Counted from the first letter of the stretch, positions 1 through 12,480 are shown. The stretch: 35,929 bases of DNA from Sarea resinae (GCA_026026165.1 JAPEUD010000040.1:186001-221929); one strand, 5' to 3'. Notes: generated from the sequence alone by a model not told the origin. Numbers and translations: made by a program.

Positions 1-1488
1 AGGCTGCTCTTGGTCTTGGGCTTTGTCGACAACAGTGAAGGGAACAGGTACTTCGTGAGATATTTCATCCTTGCCATGGCTCTCCGCCTTTGGCTGCCCG
101 CTTTCAACTGAATCTCCCTCTAGAGTTTGTGGAGAATTTTCGCTCGGTTTTGCGACCTCTGCCTTGAAAATATCTGGTTCTTGAATCTCCTTCGTCTCAA
201 AAAGTTGCTGCTTCTCGTTCTCACCGTTCTCGGGCAGCTTGGTCTCAACTACTTCGGCCACCTGGGTCACCGGCCCTTTGGGTTCCTCATTCAGAGATTT
301 CACTGGTTCGGGTATTTCCGACTCCGATTTTGCTTTCTCCTCTGGCTCTTCGACTCCGTTTTCAGCCGGCTTGCTAGACTTAGAGTCTGTGACTTCAGGC
401 GCTGGAATACTAGTTTCCTCATCTTCCTTCGGTTGCGAGACTGGAAGCTCAGGTTCCTTTATTTCAGAATCCTTGACCAGTGATTTCACTTCCTCCACAA
501 CAGGCTCCGTGGTTCTCACCTCTGGTTCCTTGATTTCGTGTATCTTGTTTTCGGGTTCCTCGGCCACTGGCTTCGTTTCCTCGCCAGTGTTTATCGTTGA
601 CTTTGCTTCTGGCTCAGGTATCTCAGGTGCCTTAAGAGTTGGTTTTGCTTCCTGAACTCCAGGCTCGTTGACTTCAGCCTCGGCAACCTTGGTCTCAGGT
701 GCCTCAACTTCCGCTTTCTTGATATCTGGCTCCGTAACCTGAGGTTCCTTCACTATCTTATTTTCTTCCTCGATTCCTGGCTCCTTGACCTCCTGTACCT
801 TAGTCTCAGACTCTTTGGCCTTGGAAGATTTTGCTTCAGGTTCCTCGACCTCTGGTTTCTTGGTCTCGAGTTCTTTGATACTAGGCTTTTCGGCCTCAGG
901 CTTCGATACCTCCAATTCCTTTGCTGATGAGTCCGCTTTCTGAGGTTCTTTCGTTTCGACTTCCGAGGTATTTGGGGCCTTATTCTTTGGGAGAGATTCA
1001 GTAGCTTCTGGTGCTGTCTCGGTATGGATTGGCTTGGTCGGGGATGTTGCATCGCTTGGTTCGGTCGAAGAGCTCTCTGGAACGGGAGCTTTGGTAGTTT
1101 CGGTGGTCTTGCCCTTCCCGACGACGAGTATGTTATTCTCATTTCCATGCTCATCGATCGCTAACCCTACATTAGCCCTTCATTCTAGCTTCGATCAAGG
1201 GATAAATTGCCTACCTTTGTGTCCATTCTCGTCACAGACCCACCAATCACCAAGGCCCATTCGGAACTTGTATTGCCACTCCCCTTCTTCTACCTCGAAG
1301 ACCTTGGAAAATTCGTAGGCAGCTTGCTCGGATTGATCGGCACCCTCGCTCTTTTCGCTTGGCAGCAGAGTATGTTCCATCTCGTAAGCTTCCCATGGTG
1401 GCGAGGTGAACGAGGCTGAAACATAGACTGGTGGCTGTGTGCCAGCTTTTGTCCAGGTAAGCCTCACGGACTCCTTGTGGGGTGCCAT
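1..1488 (-). CDS. AMPK beta-type glycogen/carbohydrate-binding module (AMPK1_CBM/CBM48-like) protein with long acidic E/K/P-rich tail; 3' end runs off the window. Exons 1488-1215 and 1160-<1
   Basis: ATG at 1488 (MAPHKESVRLTWTKAGTQPPVYVSASFTSPPWEAYEM...GEWQYKFRMGLGDWWVCD). Intron 1214-1161 (GTAGGC...GCTAAT...TAG) joins to AIDEHGNENNILVV, completing the W...YKF...W..D...D..GN.NN.L pattern of AMPK-beta CBMs. The frame stays open to position 1. Confidence 0.8.
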
Positions 1489-1829
1489 GATGGAAACGGT
1501 TGGGGACCGAGACGGCTGAGGGCAGATCAGCAACGGCCGTTCTCGTGGTGATGTCTGCGTGGTGCGTATGGTACGAGCAGTGCTGCAAGTAAACAATGTT
1601 TACCAAAGACAAGTGGAGCTTCTGAGCTCGTCAGGATAGGATGCTAGAGTGCTACCACCGTCCAAGTCAATGCAATGCCCTCGTCACGACCGGCAGTGAT
1701 TCACAGAGGCTGATGGAGTTGAGTTGTCTTGCAGAAGAAAATTCGTTTCACATAACAATCGAACGAGACGTCATAACAAGAATGTGAATGCAGAGGTGAT
1801 GCAGCAGCGAGTACCTAGGCAGTAGGCAA

Positions 1830-1860
1830 GGTAGGTAAGGTAGGTAGGTAAGGTAGGTAG
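1830..1860. repeat. (GGTA)n-type microsatellite, imperfect
   Basis: ggtaggtaaggtaggtaggtaaggtaggtag read directly. Confidence 0.85.
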
Positions 1861-3731
1861 ATGCTGTAGGAAGATGCTGGAGGACGATGCAGGCAGCTTG
1901 GTAGGTGAAGAGGGAAATTTCTACTGGAAGAGCGAGTGTACACACAGCAACCGCACGGCAAGGTCGTAGTGAAGGAAACACACTCACCATGGGAATTTGC
2001 TAGGCGTGCACTAAGGATAGCTCCGTCCAAGCTTCCACCGACCGGGGTGGGGATGTACTCTCGAGGAATTGCCTTGGCTTGGACGAAGAGGGAATTATGG
2101 GTCCTCTTGACGATAGCCGATGGACGACCACTGGGAATATTACCTTGAACTTCGGCGAGATGGGAGGAACGGCAAGCCCTGAAGCTCGATCACTCAAGGC
2201 GAGATCAGGGCATCAGTGAGTAACAGAGAGTCGGTACGGCGTAGGCAGCAGAGAGGAAAGGAGGTAGGTGCAGTAGAATGGCGATGGAAGAGATGAATGA
2301 AATCGATGCGATTTGAAGCTGCACAATCATCATACAGCCAGCACTTACTCCGGAGTAGAGGACCACTCCATCAAGATCAACACGGACAGGTACATCTCAA
2401 TGCAAAACGGTCGATGGATTCGTGTCCGAGCTGATTGAAGGTAAAAGGCGGTGATTGATTGGGCGTCTATCATCGTGTGCTGCCCGTCCACCACCATCGG
2501 AAGGTGACGGTTAGCACCTGCTACACGCAGTAGCATCGACGATCTCCAACCACAATGGGACCATTGTGTGTCCCATGGTGGTGTCGAGCCGAAGAACAAG
2601 AACAAGCAGCGTGGATGGACCCCCGTAGGTGTCAAGTACCCGGCCGCCTCTTTGGTATGGGCATGGTACCACATGGTACCAGCACGAGAGCGAGATCTTC
2701 GTCTTGCTGACGTAGCAAAGAACCTTGCCCTCCAGTGCCCTCCCGCTGCCTCTCTCTCCCTGGGCCCTTACTGCCGTACTACGGAGTAGAGTATGAGTAC
2801 TACTCACGCCAAGCCTCTCTCTATCATTTCCCTCTAGCAGCCATCATGCTCGGGCGGAGAGATACCTTGCTCTTGCACCCGACTGCCATGGCAACCAATG
2901 TACTATGAGGTAGCTAACGGACATTGCACTCGAGGCGGCTTCTCACACCACTTGGCCTGCTGTGACGGGTGGAGCTGTCTGCAGTGTTCAGCGGAACACC
3001 CAACCACCCAACCTGGGCTTGAAACCGTCGCAGTTTCCTACCGAATACGCTGTACGCAGTACTGTACTTCGTACACAGCAGTCACCGTAGTCACAGAGGA
3101 CAATTTAAGAGTACCTCGTCCTTCCGGGCGAATCTCCGCCAGCGACGTGGTGGTTGTCCTGCTGGACGACGCGAAGGAGTAACGATCGTCTTTGGATCTT
3201 CCCGTTTGTTTGAGCAGGGACTCTGATTGATTCCTCGACAGCAGTCCTACTCTCGAACCCAACTGAACCCTCCAAGCGTGCCATCAATGCCACTGACACT
3301 GCTGGCAGCTCTCCTCATAAATCATCACGCTGCTACATGGAAACAACAATTCCACGAACAGGCGATGCCGTCAAGGTCGTTGCGTGAAAGGTATGGTGAA
3401 CACTGACGATCTAGGTATCTTATGAAGTCATATCTTTGCCACAGTACGAATGCCTAAGGTACTCTACGAAGTACCCAAGTCATTTCGCTACCGATAGCCC
3501 TGGCAGCTAACTGATTACGGCCTGTGACGGCATCCGAGCGCAATCATGGAAAGAAGCAGCAACACCAAATCCGAGACCTTTGGTTTTGGCCCAGCTCTCC
3601 TTATTATAATGCCAGAACAAGGAGACTCATATACACCGAAAACACTGGGAGGATACACGCGGAAAATGCGGAGATCTTATGAGTGTGGTTAGCTGATCGT
3701 CTCATGTGCGGGTTGCCTTTGGACCAGCACC

Positions 3732-3737
3732 TATAAA
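3732..3737 (+). promoter_or_regulatory. Candidate TATA box of the Pol4 gene
   Basis: TATAAA about 40 nt upstream of the ATG at 3777; motif match only. Confidence 0.3.
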
Positions 3738-3776
3738 CCTAGCCACATCGCGCCGACAGGGATATGATGCAACGAC

Positions 3777-5912
3777 ATGGAGAGCCAATCATCAGTATCT
3801 ACTCTCGTCGAGCTTCCTGGATCGCCTCACAGCGACGAGCTGAATTTGGACGTCCTGCCCGCGATCTACGTGCTGCCAACCCATCTTACTCAGTCTGGAC
3901 TCCACGAAGTAGAAGAGAGGCTCCTCGCGCGACACGCGCCACTGACCTATGATGTCGCAGAAGCAACTATATTTATAGGAAAGATTGGAACCAAGAGGCG
4001 CGCGGAATATGAGCTGCGGTGTAGAAAGCTTTGGACTGAGGAAGTGACAAATCACGCTTCTGGAAATCTCTTAGCAATCGATGAAGAATCCCATTCGCAG
4101 AAGCACCCCAGGAAACGACGCCGGATTGAAGTAATCGAGGGCTATGGCAACGCGGAATCCACGGCGAAATCTGGAGGTCTACCCTCTGAAGGCTCAAGCA
4201 CCGAATCTGAGCCAGAAACGGAACCAGCCGGGGCGTCGTCGCCTGCTGCAAATCCTTCGCAAACCTCTCAGGTGCAAGTATCGTCGAACAAGGTAGCACA
4301 TGCATCACAATTAGCTGGAAAGGCAGAAACTTCAATCACGGAAGAATTAGCCGGCGCAGTCCATGTGATCAGACTCGACTGGCTCAATGCTTCGTTGGAA
4401 TTGGGAAGCCTTCTACCCTTGAAACCATACCTTGTATATTCTGGAAAGAAGGTAGCCAGACCCGAGAACGCACAAAGCTTAGAAGACAACACTAGCTTTT
4501 CCAGTGCTCCAAGCGCTCGTTTCGGGACTCCACAGGAAAAGGGAAACATCCTCGAGAGAGCGAAAGCAGATTCTGGCTTGACTAATACGAAGTATGGAAA
4601 GTCCATGTATAGCTATACTACAACACCACATGAAAACTCTCAAGCTAGAAGCCAGACTGACAGCCAGCCGCTCACTCGCCCCACTCATCTCCTGCAGGAG
4701 ACTACTTCTGAGCACGATAGGGCCGTCAGCGGTGAGGGTCCGGAAATGCCGGCGTGGGTGAAAGAAGGGAAAAAGTACGCGTGCCAGAGATCAAGTCGCG
4801 CAAATCCGCCGAACAAAGACTTCATCAAACAGTTAGAAAAGATAAAACTCGCGCGTCTCTTGACCCATGATCAAATTGGTGTGCGTGCGTATAGCACCAG
4901 TATTGCTGCATTGGCTGCTTATCCTTACACACTTAGCAATCCGAGAGAAATTTTGGCTCTCCCAGGATGTGATGCTAAAATTGCTCATCTATATCAAGAA
5001 TGGTACCACAACGAAGGACATATCAAGGTCGTGCAAGAGATAGAGGACGATCCAAAGCTTCAAGTCCTCCGACTCTTCTACGAGATATGGGGCGTGGGAG
5101 CAACGACTGCTCGATTATTTTACAACAAGGGCTGGAGAGACCTGGATGATATTGTGGAGCATGGATGGCATACTCTCTCCCGAGTTCAGCAGATAGGAGT
5201 CAAATATTACGATCAATTCCTGGAGAAGATTCCGAGAAAGGAGGTTCAATTCATCTCCAGGAAGGTAGTAGAGCATGCTCGCCGCATTCGAGATGACGGA
5301 ATAGAATGCTGCATCGTGGGTGGCTACCGGAGAGGCAAGAAGGAGAGCGGAGATGTCGACATGATCATATCACACCGGGATGAGTCGCAGACGGCTGGCT
5401 TAATTACTGACATTGTTTACTCCCTGGAAAAAGAAGGCTGGATAAGTCATACACTCACTCTCAATCTTACCACATCGAACCGTGGCCAGCAGACACTCCC
5501 CTATCGTACAAGTGGTGACGGAGGTGGCTTCGATTCTCTGGACAAAGCGCTTGTGGTCTGGCAGGATCCGGACTGGCCGACCAAGATGGAGGATCTCGCT
5601 GCGAACCCGAAGGCGAAAAACCCAAACATTCACCGCAGAGTCGACATCATCATCTCGCCCTGGAGGACTGTTGGGTGTGCGATCACTGGCTGGTCGGGAG
5701 GCACGATCTTCCAGCGAGACCTGAGGAGATACGCAAAGAACGTCAAGGGCTGGAAGTTTGATAGTAGTGGGATAAGGGATCGGGCCAGTGGCGAAGTAGT
5801 GGATGTTGAAGGTGTAGGCGGTCGAAGTGCTACGATGGAGGAAGCTGAGAAGAAGGTGTTCAAGGGATTGGGACTTGAATACCGCGAACCTTGGGAGAGG
5901 TGCACGGGTTGA
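3777..5912 (+). CDS. POL4: Family X DNA polymerase Pol4 (Pol mu/TdT-like) with N-terminal BRCT-like region; single exon, 711 aa
   Basis: Catalytic motifs VGGYRRGKKESGDVDMII and RRVDIII, HhH motifs LPGCDAKIA and IWGVGATTA, thumb end EKKVFKGLGLEYREPWER, and BRCT-like VHVIRLDWLNASLELGSLLP. Confidence 0.93.
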   Translation: MESQSSVSTLVELPGSPHSDELNLDVLPAIYVLPTHLTQSGLHEVEERLLARHAPLTYDVAEATIFIGKIGTKRRAEYELRCRKLWTEEVTNHASGNLLAIDEESHSQKHPRKRRRIEVIEGYGNAESTAKSGGLPSEGSSTESEPETEPAGASSPAANPSQTSQVQVSSNKVAHASQLAGKAETSITEELAGAVHVIRLDWLNASLELGSLLPLKPYLVYSGKKVARPENAQSLEDNTSFSSAPSARFGTPQEKGNILERAKADSGLTNTKYGKSMYSYTTTPHENSQARSQTDSQPLTRPTHLLQETTSEHDRAVSGEGPEMPAWVKEGKKYACQRSSRANPPNKDFIKQLEKIKLARLLTHDQIGVRAYSTSIAALAAYPYTLSNPREILALPGCDAKIAHLYQEWYHNEGHIKVVQEIEDDPKLQVLRLFYEIWGVGATTARLFYNKGWRDLDDIVEHGWHTLSRVQQIGVKYYDQFLEKIPRKEVQFISRKVVEHARRIRDDGIECCIVGGYRRGKKESGDVDMIISHRDESQTAGLITDIVYSLEKEGWISHTLTLNLTTSNRGQQTLPYRTSGDGGGFDSLDKALVVWQDPDWPTKMEDLAANPKAKNPNIHRRVDIIISPWRTVGCAITGWSGGTIFQRDLRRYAKNVKGWKFDSSGIRDRASGEVVDVEGVGGRSATMEEAEKKVFKGLGLEYREPWERCTG

Positions 5913-6312
5913 AAGATTGGGTAACAGTAATCTTCCTTGGCACTGCTGCTTGGTCTTTTTCAGTATACTGTTTCCCTTGGGTCTTCTACGGCGGTATCCA
6001 TCCAGCGACGAGCCAGCCTTATCATTTACCCTTATCACTTACACGTTTCATATCAATCATTACACGTCTGAAGGTGAAGACCGAGACGAGTTGTAGTCAC
6101 ATCACTTGTCATCGATGTTGATCAAGTAGAGGGACAAACGCTTCTCGTTGCCTCTCCCACGTCGGACAAGAAGTGGAGTTGATACATGAGACAAAGTTAC
6201 GTCTTATTCGTGAAGAGAGGAAGAAAGTGCTCCGGAGGTATTCGCGCATGTTGCGCTCTGAGTAAGTGTGTGACACGCTAATCGGCATATCATCTCTTTA
6301 GCGGAAACTCCG

Positions 6313-6398
6313 ACGCGCCTTGGGAAAAGTATTTGTACGCAGTTCGGTACCTCATTAGGTCCTCAGCGTAGCAGGTAGGGTACCCGAGCAGTACGCGA
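6313..6398 (+). promoter_or_regulatory. Two MCB-like ACGCG cores upstream of pds5 (6313-6317 and 6393-6397)
   Basis: ACGCGC and ACGCGA lie about 170-260 nt upstream of the ATG. Cohesin genes are MBF targets in yeasts. The motif is short, so chance occurrence is possible. Confidence 0.3.
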
Positions 6399-6570
6399 CA
6401 GGGTCGGCCATCCTGCTATCAACACGCCTCACCTCACCCACCTTACCTGCCCTACCATCGTGACTTGTTCTGGACGGCCACATTCCACCTCGCCGCGCAT
6501 CCTGTTGCGACAAGAAGGTTGAAGACTTGCCTGCTCGTGCGGCAACGTCTCTCGGCGCAATCTCATCGCC

Positions 6571-9500
6571 ATGCCGACGAGAAGCCGTGCTGCTGCCGCG
6601 GCCGCGGCGGCGACGGCGCCGGAGGTGGACGAGCCAGAGGAATCGCCTGTGCCTACTTCAGGTCTCCAATTCAATCAGCCGCTGTCGTGGCCTGCTGCGC
6701 GGCCAATACCCGTTGGAGAGCTGCTCAAACGACTGCAAGCCCTTTCGAAGGAATTGCGAAGTATGGAGCAAGAGGAGAATGAGAGAGACTCTTTCACCAA
6801 AGTCGCAAAGGAGCTAGCCGCAAAGAACCTATTGTCGCATAAGGATAAGGGGGTGAGAGCCTGGACTGCATGCTGCCTGGTAGATATCTTGCGGCTGTGT
6901 GCTCCGGATGCGCCGTTTACGAACGCGCAATTGAGAGTGGGTTCTGGAGAGCTGTGTCGTGCTGGTTCTATGAGTGCTGACGGCTGGACGTAGGATATTT
7001 TCACCATGTTCATCACCTCAATCCTTCCCGCTTTGTCCGACCCGTCAAATGCGTACAACAGTCAACACATCTACGTCATACAGTCTCTTGCGGAGGTGAA
7101 GAGTATTGTCCTGCTCACCGACATACCAAATTCCGAACACCTCCTGCTCCATATCTTCACCTCCTTTTTCGACATAATGTCAGGCTCCTCAAAAGCATCT
7201 AATGGCGAACAGCTGGGAAAGAATGTGGAATACCACATGAATTCGATACTGGTGATTCTGGTGGACGAATCTTCGAGTGTGCCTGCAGAGGTCGTGGACA
7301 TAATAATAGCACAATTCTTGCGCGCGGATCCGAGAGCTGTCACATCGACCGGAAATAAAACCAAAAAGAACGGCATGTCTCAAGCGGTAGATGAAAAGCA
7401 GTCAACATTACTTCTAAAGGAGCTGCCCCCGGCATACAACATGGCCAAGTCCATCTGCAACTCGTGTCCCGAAAAGATGGCAAGGTATATTAGCCAGTAT
7501 TTTAACGATGTCATTATGGACGCATCGGCATCGTCAGTCGCAGACGGAGCAGGCAAGAATAAGCATCATCGAAGGGCCAGTGATGATCAGGACGATTCGG
7601 ATGATGAAGGACCAAGCGGGCCGACAGAGGAGGACCTGAAGGAACTCCATAAGGCCCATCGGCTACTCCGCGAGTTGTGGCGTGCTTCTCCTCCAGTGCT
7701 TCAAAACGTCATCCCTCAACTAGAGGCCGAGCTTTCGGCGGAAAATGTTCAATTGCGATTACTTGCAACGGAAACTCTTGGAGATATTGTTTCCGGAATT
7801 GGCGCAGCTGGTCCTCCTCCTCCACCACCCATGGACCCTGCAGCTTATCCCCCAACGACTCTTGCAACATACGATGACAGATCTGTATTTCAAAGCATCA
7901 TGACGACTCCTTGTTCACCGCAGCCTTTCCCGCAGACTCACTCGGCAGCCTACAACAGCTTTGTTAGTCGCCAGAAGGACAAGTCCTCGCTCATCAGGTC
8001 CGCATGGACGATGGCTATTGGGAAGATCATCACCACTTCTGCAGGTGGTGTTGGCCTGAGCCAGACTGAAGAACAAGCATTGCTGGCTTCGCTCGGACGC
8101 ATGCTCATCGACTCCGAGGAAAGAGTCAGAATTGCAGCTGTGAAGGCCATCGAGTCTTTCAGCTTCCGAGACATCATCATGAAGCTCGGATCATTGGGAG
8201 ATATGACTCAATCCGGGTCAATCTTGGCCAACCTTGCAGATCGAGCCAAGGATCGGAAGCACGCGGTACGTGTAGAAGCCATGAAGATTCTGGGACGTAT
8301 CTGGGGAGTTTCGGCCGGAGAGATTGCTGCAGGCAACGAAACCGTGGTCTCCAAGGTGGGCGCGGTACCTACAAAGATCTTCGATACATTCTACGTCAAC
8401 GACCAGGATATCAACGTTTTGCTTGATCATGTTCTATACGAATTCTTGCTGCCGCTGAGCTATCCTCCAGTGAAGTCGAAAGGGTCAAAGATGACCAATG
8501 GAGACTCACAGAGGGTGAAAGACAGCCAAGCGAACGGGGAGGATGACCACCAAAGCATTGACGTAGACAAAATACGCGCAGAGAGAATACTGGTCCTAGT
8601 GAAAGACCTCGACGTAAGAGCGAAGAAAGCTTTCTTCGCCTGTCAAGGCCGACAGAAGACCATGGCTCAAGTGATGGAAACCTATCTGAAAAGATGCGAG
8701 CAGTACAACGTAAATCAAATTTCCCTCCAGGTCAAACCTCACTAACATTCTTCTAGGGTGGTGTCATGGAAAGCAGCGAAACCGAGATCAAGTCACACCT
8801 TACTCGAATCATTGATTACTTTGCGAAAGTCCTGCCGGACGGCCCAAGAGTGACAGCAGATCTCTGGAAATTTGCCAAAATGCATGATCGCCGGAGCTAT
8901 CAGCTCATCCGCTTCTGTATGAGTCCTGAAAGCGACTATAAAACCGTCTATAAAGCTATCGTACGTTTCGCTGTTCTGTCTTTGATGGTGTGTCACTAAT
9001 TCGTTCATAGCGGGAGTTCTCGAAGCGAATAGAAGCTGCCCCGGGAGCCGCAGCCGGAATGCTCGAGACCTTGACGCCATTGCTGTACCGGGTCAGCTTA
9101 TTGATTTACAACAAGAGTCATGTCCCGGCCATCATGGAGGTTTCCCGCACCGATGGGCATCCTCTCAGTGGTACAGCACATGAGTTGCTGAAAGAGATCT
9201 CGTCTTTCGCACCGGAAGTCTTCAAGGCACATGTCCGACAGCTGTGCAGGATCATAGAAGATCAAGCTCCCACGTCCAAAAAGCCAAACGAACCAGGAGC
9301 AATTGATACTCTCAAGGCCTGTGCTGCATTTGCGCAAAAGTTCCCGGCGGAAATCTCCAAGGAGCGGAAATTCCTTCAGTCACTGGTCAGCTTTGCCTTA
9401 CATGGAACGCCTGCTCAGGCGGCCAAGCACGCCGTGTCGATCATCATGGCAGCCTCGGAGAGGAAGGAATTATATGCCAGGGAACTTTTACAAAAAGCCA

Positions 9501-11816
9501 CCAAAGACTTCCAATACGGTTCAGATGGTTTCCTTGCTCGGCTAGCAACTCTCAGTCAGCTTGTACTGCTGGCTCCGAATGAGGTCGATGAGGAGAGCGA
9601 TGCGGTAGTCGATATAGCCATCAACCAGATCCTTCTCAAGGTCAGGACGACCGCGAAGGAGTCGGAAAAAGAATGGGAAACCGACATCGACGACGAATGC
9701 CATGCAAAGATGTGGGCTCTGAAAATCCTCGTCAATCGGCTGCGCTCCAATCCTGACCCCGAATCGGTCAAGGAGACCGCCGAACCCGTCTACAAACTCC
9801 TCAATACTCTGATCGCCAAACGAGGCGAACTCTCCAAAAAGAACGACACTCCCGCCCCGCAAAAGGCACGACTACGTCTCTTGGCCGCACAGCTTATCCT
9901 CAAACTTTGCAGACAGAAGCATTTCGACGACTTACTGACTCCTAGCGACTTCAATCGTCTTGCCTGCACCGCCCAGGATTCCCAGTCCTCGGTCCGGTCG
10001 GGCTTCGTCAACAAGCTGAAGAAGTATCTGGGTCTCAACAAACTCTCCCGGCGCTTCTACACTATTGTCTTCCTTCTCGCCTTCGAACCGCAGCACGAAC
10101 TGCGCGAAGACACGGTCACTTGGCTTCGATCACGAGCCGCGTTCTTGGCCGAGCGGAAAAGCACGGCCATGGAATCCGTCTTCGTCCGCCTCTTGTCCCT
10201 CCTAGCCCACCACCCAGACTATTCTCCGGGGCCGGACGACCTAGCCGACTTTGCAAACTATATCCTCTTCTACCTCCAACCCGTCGCCACGGAAGAAAAC
10301 CTGTCGCTCATCTACCACGCCGCTCAACGCGTCAAGCAGACCCGCGACGCCATCGACCCCTCCAAGTCGGAGAACCTCTACCATCTGTCCGACCTCGCGC
10401 AGGCCATCATTCGACGGTTTGAGGACGCGCACGGCTGGAGCCTGACGACTTGGCCGGGCAAGTTGGCCTTACCCGATATGCTGTTCGCGGCCTTGCCTAG
10501 TCATGACGTGGGGCAGGAGATAGCGATGAAGAATTACTTGCCGGAGGAGTTGGTGGATCGACTCGATGGGATTGTGAAGCGAAGCCTTCGAGCCAAGAAC
10601 AGAAAGGTTTGTTTTTCGTTTCCCATCATGATCTCCAGCATAACTAACACGCCCGATCTTCCAGCGGCGGTCCGAACACCCTGCGGGCGATGACTCTGGA
10701 ACGCCGGCGAAGAAAAAGCCAAAGTCGAGCTCGACGTCGACAACGTCTCGTGCCCTCGCTCTGCGCAAGACGCCCAAGTCCAGCAAGCCGAAGCGAGCCA
10801 AGAAGGACGTGGATGATTTTGGCGAGAACGACGATGATGATGAGACGCCCGTGCCTTCGAGCGAGAGGAGACGCAGTGGCAGAAATGCCGCGGCTGGGAA
10901 GACATACGCGGAGAGGGACGACGAGGAGGACGATCAGGAGATGGAGGATGTGGGCGGTGTTGTTGTAGTTGGGGCTGATGAGGAAGCAGAGGAAGGGAGC
11001 GAAGAGGTCGATGATGATGATGAGGAGGAAGAAGGGGGAGAGGGCGAAAAAGGCGAACCGGAAGAAGAGGACGGAGGAGCTGTTGGTGGTGGTGGTGGTG
11101 GTAAAGGAGAAAATAACCAAAAATCCGAGACAGCAAAAGAGGACGTGGAGAATAATGAGGATGAGGATGAGGATGACGACACGCCCATGCCCGACCACCC
11201 GATCGCCGCTCACAACGCCAATCCCACCCCGTCCTCGAGCACCAAATCCAACCCCCGCTCTACCAAACGCAAGCCGCCGCCCCCCTCGTCGTCCAGACCC
11301 AGCGTCAGCGACCGTGCCAGCAAAGCCAACACGCGATCGAGACGGAACCCTGTACCCGCACCGGCGGCATCGGCGTCTGCATCGAAGAAAGAGAAAGCCG
11401 CGAAACCAGCTACAAGTGCGAGTACGCGGACCAGACCGACTCGACAGACCCGACAGACGCGCAAGAAAGAAGCCAAGAATTCGCTGTACGAGCTCACGAG
11501 TTCCGAGGTCGAGGCCGATGTCGAGGCCGATGTCGATGCTGGTGCTGGTGCTGGTGCTGAGGCTTCTGGACCGGGATCTGGGTCCAACTCGGGCGATGAA
11601 GCCGACGTCGAAGCCGCAGTCGAAACAGGGAAGGGAAAGGGGAATGGGAGAGGGAAAGCCGTCGCACAGAAAAAGGGAAAAGGAGTAGCCAAGGGAGAAG
11701 CCGACGATGGCGACGACAATGGGCACAAGGACGAGCACGAGCATGAGCACGAAAATGACGATGACGACGACGACGAACTCTCGGATCCACCCGACGAGGA
11801 CGAGGATATGGAATGA
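6571..11816 (+). CDS. PDS5: Sister chromatid cohesion protein Pds5 (BimD/Spo76 orthologue), HEAT/ARM repeats, about 1677 aa. Exons 6571-6936, 6994-8709, 8757-8960, 9011-10606, 10665-11816
   Basis: Motifs LLSHKDKGVRAWTACCLVDILRLCAPDAPFT, LAEVKSIVLLTDIP, LLRELWRASP.VLQNVIPQLEAEL and RLLSLLAHHPDY. Four GT-AG introns (6937-6993, 8710-8756, 8961-9010, 10607-10664) join the ORF-track pieces in frame. Confidence 0.95.
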
Positions 11817-11924
11817 AAGCCCAAACCTCCTCTTCGTTCCCTTTCTTTCCACTCCTCCCTCTTCCTCTCTCTTCATCTCTTTTCATCTCTCTTCCCTTTC
11901 TTGGCTATCACAGAAACGGGGCGC

Positions 11925-12144
11925 GCAAGCAAGCAAGCAAGCATCTCGCACTGCACTATAACCCAACCCCTCCCCCCGACCGAAACTCCCCGCCCCCATT
12001 TCATTTTCCTCCCCTTCTCTCTCGTGGGGAGTCACTCTCCGTTCGTTCGTTCGTTCGTTCATTTGATCTCGATCCTTCAATCTCGATCCCCCCTTTCCGG
12101 CGTTTGTATACCAAGTAGTGAGTTAGTTGGTTAGGTTAGGTTAG
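11925..12144. repeat. Cluster of short microsatellites 3' of pds5: (GCAA)n at 11925-11943, (GTTC)5 at 12041-12060, (GGTTA)3 at about 12129-12144
   Basis: Read directly. Confidence 0.8.
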
Positions 12145-12480
12145 TCTGTTGGGCGGGCGGGCAAGTGGGGTACGTGGGGTTAGTGGGTACGTGGGCTAGC
12201 ATACCTTACCTAGCATCAGTAATCGGTCAATCAATCATGCATGTATGCATGCGTGCATGCTTCAGTAGAACGTCTATCCATTATTATTCAGTGAGTCAGT
12301 CAGTTGGTCGGTCGGTAGACCGGTAGACCGCCGTTCAAACGTCAATGGGCAGGATAGAGATGGTGCGATGTACGCGCTTTGGTTATATGTGCTTTTTTTC
12401 TTTCTACTATGGTGTAGCTAGATAGGTAGAGCGTAGGTTGGTGGGGTGTGAGAAGCAGGGGGAGGAAAAAAAGAGGAGAA

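Noticed and set aside
1600..3700. Short ORFs (60-110 aa) in the divergent spacer between the CBM gene and POL4
   Set aside because: No recognisable motifs, many lack ATG starts, and I could not assemble a spliced model.
10534..11886. Long antisense and alternative-frame ORFs (410, 239, 204, 200 aa) over pds5 exon 5
   Set aside because: By-products of GC-rich, low-complexity coding sequence with few stops.
12129..12144. (TTAGG)-like run as an interstitial telomere
   Set aside because: Only about three units, not the TTAGGG typical of filamentous ascomycetes, and embedded among other microsatellites.
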